Positions 18,485 through 26,465 of a DNA stretch of 64,000 nucleotides are shown here, piece after piece. The notes beneath the pieces are model-generated. The model did not search any database, was not told the origin of the DNA, and worked only from the letters and a program-made list of their open reading frames with translations. The DNA is from Armatimonadota bacterium (GTDB taxonomy: Bacteria; Armatimonadota; HRBIN16), in NCBI GenBank assembly GCA_963677485.1, contig OY781964.1:2336001-2400000 (forward strand), read 5' to 3'. Each line of letters starts with the position of its first letter. The first letter of the stretch is position 1. The position numbers and the translations under genes are program-made.

Positions 18485-18879
18485 TGAGCATCACCGTGAC
18501 GCTGGCCGATGTGAAGCTGCTGGCTTATGAAGAGGGCAGCACCAATGACGCTGCGGTGACGGCTTTGATGGAGCTACTTGTTCCTGCGATCGAGGAGCGG
18601 CTGGACAGCAGCCGCGTGACCGAATACTCCAGCACCAACTGGGTAAAACTGGCCGTCACCAAGATCATCGCAGGTGAGTGGGTGGCACGACGGGCCAGGC
18701 TGGTCGATCCTGAGAGCACCGTTGTTGACAGCACGGCCAGTTTGCCGTTAGCCGACCGGCGCGATGACCCCAGCGGTTTGATCAGCGCGGGCTGGAACGC
18801 TCTGCTTCCGCTGGTGAAGGACGAGTTCTTCTGGCTGGGTTCCGCCGAGTGGCTGGAGGGTTTGGATATGGAGGGGTAA
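18484..18879 (+). CDS. Probable head-tail adaptor/connector-like protein
   Basis: 131 aa; N-terminal VTLADVK, helical, VKLAVTKII; downstream of capsid. Confidence 0.5.
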   Translation: MSITVTLADVKLLAYEEGSTNDAAVTALMELLVPAIEERLDSSRVTEYSSTNWVKLAVTKIIAGEWVARRARLVDPESTVVDSTASLPLADRRDDPSGLISAGWNALLPLVKDEFFWLGSAEWLEGLDMEG

Positions 18880-18959
18880 GGGGCGAGGAGATGAGGAGAG
18901 CAACCATCGTTTCCTACTCGTCCTACTCATCTGACTTGTCGTACCTGCCAAAGCCCCTA

Positions 18960-19350
18960 TTGCCACTGTCCGGGGCGGTCTGTGCGCAGGCTTACGGCTA
19001 CGGAAGGTAATAGACCGCGCCGGTCTAGCGGTTAGCCAACTAGATTGGTTTCGGGATCAAGACCGGCGCGGTTAGGGGAAAACCGCCCCGGACATAGGCA
19101 AATCTTCCCTGCTAAAGCCCAGAATGGCTGTGTCCGGGGCGGTCGGTGCGCAGGCTAGCGGCTGCAATGGGCTCGAGACCGCGCCGGTCTGGCGGATAGC
19201 CATGAAGATATGTTTCGGCAATCAAGACCGGCGCGGTTAGGAGAAAACCGCCCCGGACATAGGCAATCAAGGCCGGCGCAGTGGGAAAACCGTCTTGTTC
19301 CCATCCTCCCCATCCGTGTCATCCGCGTAATCCGTGATTCAGACAGTCCG
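18960..19350. repeat. Mosaic cluster: two family A MITEs plus 9-mer ATCCGTGTA..TTCAGACA repeat
   Basis: tgtccggggcggtc...accgccccggacataggc twice; atccgtgtcatccgcgtaatccgtgattcagaca at about 19312-19345. Confidence 0.9.
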
Positions 19351-19400
19351 GGTATGCCCCCGGTCTCAGGCAATCAGGCCTGCGCTTTGCTACAATAGGG

Positions 19401-20684
19401 TTGATGACAAACAGCGATATTCCACATAGTGTGCCCCTCTCTTCAGAGGGCCTTTGCGCGGGTTACGACCGGCGGGAGGTGCTGCGTAACATCAGCTTTG
19501 AACTGCACTCTGGCGAGTTTGTGGGCATCATTGGTCCCAACGGATGCGGCAAATCTACGCTCATCAAGGCGCTGACAGGTATCCTGAAGCCCACTGGCGG
19601 ACGTGTTCTGGTTCAAGGACAGCCGTTGAGCGAACTGAGCGTGCGCGAGGTGGCCAGACGGATGGCGGTGGTGCCTCAGCATGAGCAGGTGGCGTTTGGC
19701 TTCAGTTGCCGCGATGTGGTGATGATGGGCCGCGCCGCCTACACAGGCATGATGGGCCACTATACAAACAAAGATAAACTGGCCGCTCAGGCAGCTATGG
19801 AGCGTATGAGTGTTTGGGAGTTTCGCGACCGGCCTGTGCAGCAGCTTTCGGGCGGTGAACGCCAACGGGTGGGTCTGGCCCGAGCGTTGGCGCAGCAGTG
19901 CGACCTGCTTCTGCTGGATGAGCCGACCTCGCACCTGGATATCAGCCACCAGATCAGCCTGTTAAGCGAAATACAGAGCCTGCGTAACGAGGACGGGCAC
20001 ACGGTAGTGGCGGTGTTGCATGAGATCAACATGGCAGCCGAGTTCTGTGACCGCATCCTGGTGATGCATAAAGGCAGCGTCGTAGCGGATGGCAGCCCGG
20101 CTGAGGTGATCACCCCGCGGATGTTGAAGCGGGTGTTCGCACTCGATGCGCTGGTGCGGATGAACCCGGTGACCGGGCGTCCGCATATCCTGCCCAAAGG
20201 TTTGCCGGTGGTCGACACGGCTGGCGAGGGTGCGCGGGTGCATATGGTGATTGGCGGTGGCAGCAGCACGCCTTGGATGGCCGCGCTGGTGTCTGCCGGA
20301 TACAGCGTATCCGCCGGGGTGGTAAACCTGCTGGACAGCGACGAGCAGAGCGCGCATGAGATGGGTGTGGAGCTGGTGGTGGAAGCCCCTTTCACGCCGA
20401 TCAGCGAGGAGAGCATCCAGCAGCTTCGCGATGTGGTGCGTTTGTGCCGTGCTGTGGTGGTTGGTCCTGCCTGGCTGGGTTTCGGTAATCTGGCCAACCT
20501 GCATGTGGTGCTGGAGGCGCTTCGGAGTGGTGCCTGTGTGCTTCTGGCCGGTGCCGATCTGGAGGGGCGCGACTACACCGACGGTGAGGCCAGCCGCATC
20601 TGGGCGGAGCTGATCCGTTTAGGAGCCGTGGTGGTAGAGACGCCCGATCAGGCCGTGGCCATATTGCAACAGCGCATCGGTTAG
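19401..20684 (+). CDS. ABC transporter ATP-binding protein, cobalamin/iron-siderophore (BtuD/FecE-like) with C-terminal extension
   Basis: Walker A GPNGCGKST, LSGGERQR, LLLLDEPTSHLD; C-terminal VHMVIGGGS..GVVNLLDSD domain. Confidence 0.9.
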   Translation: MMTNSDIPHSVPLSSEGLCAGYDRREVLRNISFELHSGEFVGIIGPNGCGKSTLIKALTGILKPTGGRVLVQGQPLSELSVREVARRMAVVPQHEQVAFGFSCRDVVMMGRAAYTGMMGHYTNKDKLAAQAAMERMSVWEFRDRPVQQLSGGERQRVGLARALAQQCDLLLLDEPTSHLDISHQISLLSEIQSLRNEDGHTVVAVLHEINMAAEFCDRILVMHKGSVVADGSPAEVITPRMLKRVFALDALVRMNPVTGRPHILPKGLPVVDTAGEGARVHMVIGGGSSTPWMAALVSAGYSVSAGVVNLLDSDEQSAHEMGVELVVEAPFTPISEESIQQLRDVVRLCRAVVVGPAWLGFGNLANLHVVLEALRSGACVLLAGADLEGRDYTDGEASRIWAELIRLGAVVVETPDQAVAILQQRIG

Positions 20685-20751
20685 TAGGTTGCAGCCCGGT
20701 GACATCCCCTGGGCACGTTAATCTCCTGATTGGCATATCGGCATGATTCTT

Positions 20752-20782
20752 GGGGGAGGTTTTTCGGAACCTCCCCCTTTTT
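20752..20782 (+). terminator. Intrinsic terminator between ABC ATPase and portal genes
   Basis: gggggaggtt-N6-aacctccccc followed by T5. Confidence 0.75.
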
Positions 20783-20818
20783 GCGTATCTATGGTTCTGG
20801 TGAAACAGAGGTGCGGCG

Positions 20819-21925
20819 ATGGAGTTCTTTTCCGAGATTTGGCGGCGTCTGCAGCGCCGAAAAATGACGCATGAGCAGGTGCCTGTGTGCGACGGGATAG
20901 GCTGGAGTGGCGCGCTGGTCTGGGATGGCGGATTGAAACAGCCCAGCCTGACGGAATGCCTTGAAATGCTGCAGGACGCCCAGGTTCAGGCGGCGCTTCA
21001 GACCAAGAAGCTAGGCGCTCTGAACGCCGAGTGGCATATCGAGCCGGGTTATGACACCGAAGCCAGTCTGCGCGCAGCCCGACTGGTGAAGTATGCTCTG
21101 GAGCAGTTGAAGGGCAGCCTGGGGCGAGTGCTGTGGAACGCAATGGATGCGCTGGCGTTTGGTTATTCCGTGCAGGAGATCAACTACCGGTTGTGTCAGA
21201 AGGGGGAATTCGCCGGCAGCGTGATCTGGCAGAGTGTCAAGGCGAAGGACCCTCGGTTGGTCAGTCTGAAGGTGGATGAGTATCTTAACCTCACCGGTAT
21301 CGGATGCACCGATGCGGAGGGGCGCGAACTTCAGGTGCCGATGGAGAAGTTCGCGGTGTATATCTACAACCCGCGGTTTGAGAACCCCACTGGTCAAAGC
21401 GACTTGCGAGCCGCTTTGATGCACTGGAAGGCGAAACGGCGGCTGCTTCAGAGCTGGCAGCTCAGCCTGGAGCGGTTTGGCGCCCCTACCATGAAGGGCA
21501 CATTGCCGCGTAATGTTTCCGACTACGAACGTGAGGAACTGCTGCATGTGCTGCAGAGGGTTCACGAAAACAGTGCGATTGTGGTTCCAGACGACACGAA
21601 GGTTGAGCTGCTGGAAGGGCAGCCAAGCATCAACAACAGCTACCTGACCGCCGTGCAGTTTCACAACAAAGAGATCGCCAAAGCGATCATGGGGCAGACC
21701 CTCACCACAGACGAAGGATCGCGGGTGGGCAGTCTGGCTCTGGGCAAAATCCACTTCGAGGTGCTGCAGTTCTACATGCGCTGGCTGAGGCGTGAGCTGG
21801 CGGAGCAGCTGGTGGAGGAACAGTTGATGCGCCGGCTGGTGGAAATGAACATCCCCGATGCCGCGGTTCCTAAGTTGGTTTGGGTCGAATCGAAACAGGA
21901 GGCGGATAGTGAGCTCCATTCTTAG
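20819..21925 (+). CDS. Phage portal protein (DUF935 / Mu gp29-like), compact 368 aa
   Basis: DAQVQAAL, DALAFGYSVQEI, NPTGQSDL, ERFGAP, EIAKAIMGQTLTT, GSLALGKIH; GAGGTG RBS. Confidence 0.92.
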   Translation: MEFFSEIWRRLQRRKMTHEQVPVCDGIGWSGALVWDGGLKQPSLTECLEMLQDAQVQAALQTKKLGALNAEWHIEPGYDTEASLRAARLVKYALEQLKGSLGRVLWNAMDALAFGYSVQEINYRLCQKGEFAGSVIWQSVKAKDPRLVSLKVDEYLNLTGIGCTDAEGRELQVPMEKFAVYIYNPRFENPTGQSDLRAALMHWKAKRRLLQSWQLSLERFGAPTMKGTLPRNVSDYEREELLHVLQRVHENSAIVVPDDTKVELLEGQPSINNSYLTAVQFHNKEIAKAIMGQTLTTDEGSRVGSLALGKIHFEVLQFYMRWLRRELAEQLVEEQLMRRLVEMNIPDAAVPKLVWVESKQEADSELHS

Positions 21926-22382
21926 TGTTCAAGATCGTGATCATCTGATCAATCACCCTACGGTGAAAGCCGCGCTCGCGAGCCGGTTCAAGCGTCTGTT
22001 GTCGGATGTCCGTGCCAAGGGATATCCCCTGCTGGTTTGGGAGGTATACCGCAGCGAACAGCACCAGCAGGAGCTCTATTGCCAGGGTCGGAGCAGTGTC
22101 TACCTTCGCAAGATGGGTGTGCCAGCCAACCTGATCGCACAGGCCCGATTGATGGGATACAACCCCGATAAGCCTCGCATCACCAAACAACGGTTGGCTG
22201 GGATGCACTCCCAAGGCCGTGCGATGGATTGTGTATGGCTTATCAAGGGCCAGCCGAGTTGGAATGCACCCGACGAGTGGTGGCAGTGCTACAGCGCTGT
22301 GGCTAAACGCCTGGGCCTGAGCTGGGGCGGCGACTGGAAGATGCGCGACATGGCGCATGTTCAGTGGGAAAAGAAGCTGTGA
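21909..22382 (+). CDS. M15-family peptidoglycan peptidase (L-Ala-D-Glu endopeptidase type), endolysin-like
   Basis: EVYRS..QQELYCQGR, H-x6-D (HSQGRAMD), WGGDW..DMAH; AGGAGG RBS before GTG 21909 overlapping the portal end. Confidence 0.9.
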   Translation: MSSILSVQDRDHLINHPTVKAALASRFKRLLSDVRAKGYPLLVWEVYRSEQHQQELYCQGRSSVYLRKMGVPANLIAQARLMGYNPDKPRITKQRLAGMHSQGRAMDCVWLIKGQPSWNAPDEWWQCYSAVAKRLGLSWGGDWKMRDMAHVQWEKKL

Positions 22383-23115
22383 GGAGCGGAGGAGTGGAGG
22401 AGAACGGGAGGCAGGAGAGCAGGAGGCAGGAGAGCAGGAGATGAGGAGAGAGGAGAATGGAGACAGGAGAATGGAGACAGGAGAATGGAGACAGGAGGCT
22501 GCTCCCTGGGAACGCCAATCTCCCGATTGGCATCTCCCGTCCCTATCCTCCCCATCCGTGTAATCCGTGGTTCAGACAATACGGGCGGGTCGGACGTAGG
22601 CAATTATTACCTGTCAAAGCCCGTACTGCCTATGTCCGGGGCGGTCTGTGCGTAGGCTAGCGGTTGCAGAAGGCTCGAGACCGCGCCGGTCTGGCGGTTA
22701 GCCTGAAGTCATTTGTCTCGCCTTGGATCAAGACCGGCGCGGTTAGGGGAAAACCGCCCCGGACGTAGGCAATTATTACCAGCCAAAGCCCAGAATGGCC
22801 ATGTCCGGGGCGGTCTGTGCGCAGGCTAGCGGCTACGGAAGGCTCGAGACCGCGCCGGTCTGGCGGTTAGCCATGAAGCAGCTTGTCACGCCTTGGATCA
22901 AGACCGGCGCGGTTAGGAGAAAACCGCCCCGGACTTAGGCAATCAAGACCGGCACGGTTGGGGAAAACCGCCCCGGACGTAGGCAATCAAGACCGGCACG
23001 GTTGGGGAAAACCGCCCCGGACGTAGGCAATCAAGACCGGCACGGTTGGGGAAAACCGCCCCGGACGTAGGCAATCAGGACCAGTGTAGCGTGGGAAACT
23101 GCCCCGGACATTGGC
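22383..23115. repeat. Mosaic cluster: GGAG heptamer run, CCTGGGAACGCCAATCTCCCGATTGGC REP, 9-mer repeat, two family A MITEs and tandem ~45-bp units
   Basis: ggagaca/ggagaat run at 22383-22500; REP at 22506-22531; family A from about 22628 to 23112. Confidence 0.9.
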
Positions 23116-23126
23116 GGGGCGGTACG

Positions 23127-23163
23127 AAAAAGCGGGCCGGGATTTCTCCCGGCCCGCTTTTTT
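23127..23163. terminator. Bidirectional intrinsic terminator
   Basis: A5-gcgggccggga-tttc-tcccggcccgc-T6. Confidence 0.92.
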
Positions 23164-23179
23164 GATTCAAGGATCAGGA

Positions 23180-26098
23180 CTAGAGGGCTGCGCCTGCAGC
23201 TCCGAAGTTCTGGTCGATGATGACGTAGTCGAACAGGTTCACTGAACCGGTGCAATCAAGGTCAGCCATTGCGTCTGCTGAACCGAAGTTCTGGTCAAGA
23301 ACTACGATGTCAAACAGGTTGACTTGGTTGTCGCCGTCAGCGTCGCCGTTCACTGGGGCCATGGCCACAGGAACGTCAACATCACCAACCACTACGCCTG
23401 CGGATTTAACTCGCAGCCAGTGGGTGCTCTTGGCGAGTACGTCGTAGGTGCCGGGTACAACATCGGCCACTACGAACTTGGCATCGGCATCCAAAGTAGC
23501 GGTGACGGTCTTCTTGACGTCCGCACCCTGCTTCAGAACGACATCAATGGACTTGCCTGCCATGTTAGCAGCGGTTAGTGCTGCGTCAAGGTAGGTTCCA
23601 GTGATGGAGCCGATGGTCTGGTTGTATTCGTAAGCACCGATGTCAGGCTTGGTGCCTGCGGGCATCGGGCGGACGTTGTCGTTCACGTCAAAGGTTCGGA
23701 TGCTGTCGATCGCTTTTCCGAAAGCAAGCTTCGAATCGGCGGTCAGGTAACCGGTTGCTGGGTCTAGCTTCGCATCGCCAACCACCGTGTCAGCAGGCAT
23801 GCCGAGAAGGAAGTCACCAGCGGTTCCACCGCGGACGATGTTTCCTTTTCCTACTAGAGGAACAGTGGCTGAGCACTGCAGGCCGCCGGTTGCATCAAAG
23901 ATGCAGTAGTTGGCGGTGACAACGTCGTTTCGAGCTGCCTGGCCAGAGACCAGGTTAGCAGGGGTTCCACCATAGATGGTGCAGTTGTCAAGGGTAATGG
24001 TGGAAGGTGCAGTTGAGTTACTGGTCAGGTTCAGGAGAGAACCGCCGTAACCGGTGCCCTGCCAGATGGTGTTTCCAGCGGTCATAGAGATAGGAGTTGC
24101 ATTAGCGGCGGCACCAGCGATGGCGCGATAGCCACCGGAACCACCGTAGAATGCGCATTTGCTGTATGTCGTGATGGACGGGCCAGAAAGAGCTGCACCG
24201 TCGTTGTTGCAACTGACAAACTCATTGGTGGCTGGGACTTTCGAACAAGTCAGCCATTTGAGGTTCAGTGTGCCGCCAGCGTTGCGTACGAACACGATGG
24301 CGCGGTCAGTTCCGTCTGTTGGGTTTTTCAGCAGTGGATCAAGGTTCAGCTTCTGGGTTGCAGATACACCGTTGATGTTCAAGACACCTGTGGCACTTCG
24401 CATGATCGCGAATAGTGCGCCGCACTTGCCCTGGACGTCCATGTCATTAACGGTGAGTGTGCCATCGCCAAGCAGAATGAAGTTGTTGACAGCGCAGTCT
24501 TTGATGACTGGCTTATTCATGACGGCAACATGCCCGGTAGCGCAGTTGATATTTGCGCCTCCCTGGAAGACAGCACCGTTGAATGTGGTGGTTCCACCAA
24601 CCATGTTAATCCCAGACTGGAAGATGGAGCCATTGAAGGTGCTGGTGCCATTCTGTAGTTGCTGGCCGCCTTCGAACTTGGTGGTGGCATCGCAGGTCAC
24701 GTTACCGCCGTTGTTCAAAATGCCGATGCCGCCGCCGTTCCAGTTGGTGCCCACTACAGTAGCGTTACCGCCCTGGTTGAGCATGGCCCAACCTGTGTCG
24801 CTAAGGGTGCAACCGGTCAGGTTGACCTGTGCGCCGCCGGCCAGGTTCATGATACCCACGTTGGAGTTACCAAACGTGGTGTTAGTTATGTTGTATGTTC
24901 CTGGTAAGCCCACATATATGCCCCACCACTTGTTTAGCAGCAGTGCATAGTCTTTGCTGTTGGTCAGGGTGCAGCCGGTGGCATTCACAGTCAGTGATGC
25001 AGGGACTGTTCCTTGCGCGTTGATAGCACCGACCGTCACGTTTCCGGCGACAGTGGTGTTAGTTAAGCCAACAGTTAAGTTGCTTGTTGCGGCGGCGGGG
25101 GCAATGTTGATTCCGCTGTTGTTGTTAAGAGAAGCAGTACCGCCGGTCAGGCTAACGGTGCCGTCGGAAACTTGCACACCGTTGGTGACGTTGGATTCAA
25201 AGTTGCTTCCAGTCGATGTCAGAGAACCACCAGCGACTGATACGCCGTTAGCTCCAGCCTTCTTCAGTCGTACATTGGTCAGAGTGATGGCGCAGTTACT
25301 GCCATTGAGGAGGTTGGTGCCCAGTCGTGGGCCGTTGGTGGGAAGACAGCCGCCGTCCAGCGTCAGGTCTTGGAATGTCATGTTGCTTACGCCGGCAGCG
25401 ATTGGCTTGCCTTGGAAGCGCATGTAGTTCAGGATGTAGTAGCCGTTGGTGCCAGGGCCGTCAATCCTAAAGTTGGCGGCGGTACCGAGTGCGGGCATGT
25501 CAAAAGTGAAGATGTTCCATGCACCAGCAGTGGCTGTGAAGTGTTTGGAGTTACCTTCAGAGATACCGCCAGTGGAACCCATCCAGAAAATCTGGAAATC
25601 GCCACCGATGGAGCTCCATACACGCCATGTGCAGGTTACAGGAGCGCTGCCCAGGTTGATGTTAGGCGTCGGTGCGAATGGGTCACCACCGGTGACGTCC
25701 CAGCGGATACCGCCGTCAGCACCAGCCACATAGGACTTGGTGACGTTGTTACCAGCAGGCCATCCGGTCACGACTGATTCTGTGGTGAACTCAAATCCGG
25801 GAAGGTTGGCACCCGGCTGTGGACCAACAAGATTGAAATAGCACTGGATCGAAGTTAAATCCTTGCCGCGACCCTTAATGGTGAGGTTTTTAGTAGGCGC
25901 TAAAATTGCGATGTTGCTGTCACCTATTTCGAGGTGGGTAGCTTTGTCTACGAAAATGGTGTCACCGGCTGCTGCTGAGTTAATCGCGGAGGCGATAGTT
26001 CCGCCACCCGAAACTGTAATGGTGGCAGCTTGCAGACCCATAGTGAGACCCATCGCGCAGATGGTAGCCAACGCGAAGGCGAATGGCTTGTTGCTCAT
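23180..26098 (-). CDS. Secreted right-handed beta-helix protein with inserted CBM-like domain, choice-of-anchor-Q-like motif and C-terminal dockerin-like domain
   Basis: Start MSNKPFAF with RBS AAGGGAGAGG; signal peptide; TIASAINSAAAGDTI; N/G/T-rich repeats; RP..PDIGAYE; GDADGDNQVNLFD...ADLDCTGSVNLFD. Confidence 0.82.
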   Translation of the reverse strand: MSNKPFAFALATICAMGLTMGLQAATITVSGGGTIASAINSAAAGDTIFVDKATHLEIGDSNIAILAPTKNLTIKGRGKDLTSIQCYFNLVGPQPGANLPGFEFTTESVVTGWPAGNNVTKSYVAGADGGIRWDVTGGDPFAPTPNINLGSAPVTCTWRVWSSIGGDFQIFWMGSTGGISEGNSKHFTATAGAWNIFTFDMPALGTAANFRIDGPGTNGYYILNYMRFQGKPIAAGVSNMTFQDLTLDGGCLPTNGPRLGTNLLNGSNCAITLTNVRLKKAGANGVSVAGGSLTSTGSNFESNVTNGVQVSDGTVSLTGGTASLNNNSGINIAPAAATSNLTVGLTNTTVAGNVTVGAINAQGTVPASLTVNATGCTLTNSKDYALLLNKWWGIYVGLPGTYNITNTTFGNSNVGIMNLAGGAQVNLTGCTLSDTGWAMLNQGGNATVVGTNWNGGGIGILNNGGNVTCDATTKFEGGQQLQNGTSTFNGSIFQSGINMVGGTTTFNGAVFQGGANINCATGHVAVMNKPVIKDCAVNNFILLGDGTLTVNDMDVQGKCGALFAIMRSATGVLNINGVSATQKLNLDPLLKNPTDGTDRAIVFVRNAGGTLNLKWLTCSKVPATNEFVSCNNDGAALSGPSITTYSKCAFYGGSGGYRAIAGAAANATPISMTAGNTIWQGTGYGGSLLNLTSNSTAPSTITLDNCTIYGGTPANLVSGQAARNDVVTANYCIFDATGGLQCSATVPLVGKGNIVRGGTAGDFLLGMPADTVVGDAKLDPATGYLTADSKLAFGKAIDSIRTFDVNDNVRPMPAGTKPDIGAYEYNQTIGSITGTYLDAALTAANMAGKSIDVVLKQGADVKKTVTATLDADAKFVVADVVPGTYDVLAKSTHWLRVKSAGVVVGDVDVPVAMAPVNGDADGDNQVNLFDIVVLDQNFGSADAMADLDCTGSVNLFDYVIIDQNFGAAGAAL

Positions 26099-26465
26099 TG
26101 AGAATGACCTCTCCCTTAGAAAATTAGTAGTGATAGATTCATCCCTTTGCACGGGGACGGTCGGGCTGCATGAGCAAGTGCCAGCGAACCACAACCATAT
26201 CTCTATTATTTACCAGATTTAGTGGAAAACCCTTGCATTTCTGATAATTTAGTATGTTACATATTATCATGTTTATGTAACATGCGGGGTGGTGTGTGGA
26301 ATATGACAGGTGATAACGATAAGTTTATCACGGGCTGGTGCTTTGGATTGGATTGTGGGAGAGGCTATTTACGGGCGATGATTAATGTTAGACGTCTGTT
26401 TTGGCGGCATGTATTCAAAATTGATGATACAGATCCGGTGGGATGGCCTTTGTGAGCCATTTGGC

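Noticed and set aside
15839-22382. Complete Mu-like prophage
   Set aside because: No transposase, terminase, tail, repressor or element ends; a host gene and a terminator interrupt it.
26130-26200. Riboswitch upstream of the beta-helix gene
   Set aside because: GC-rich leader with possible stems, but I could not match any riboswitch consensus; needs an Rfam scan.
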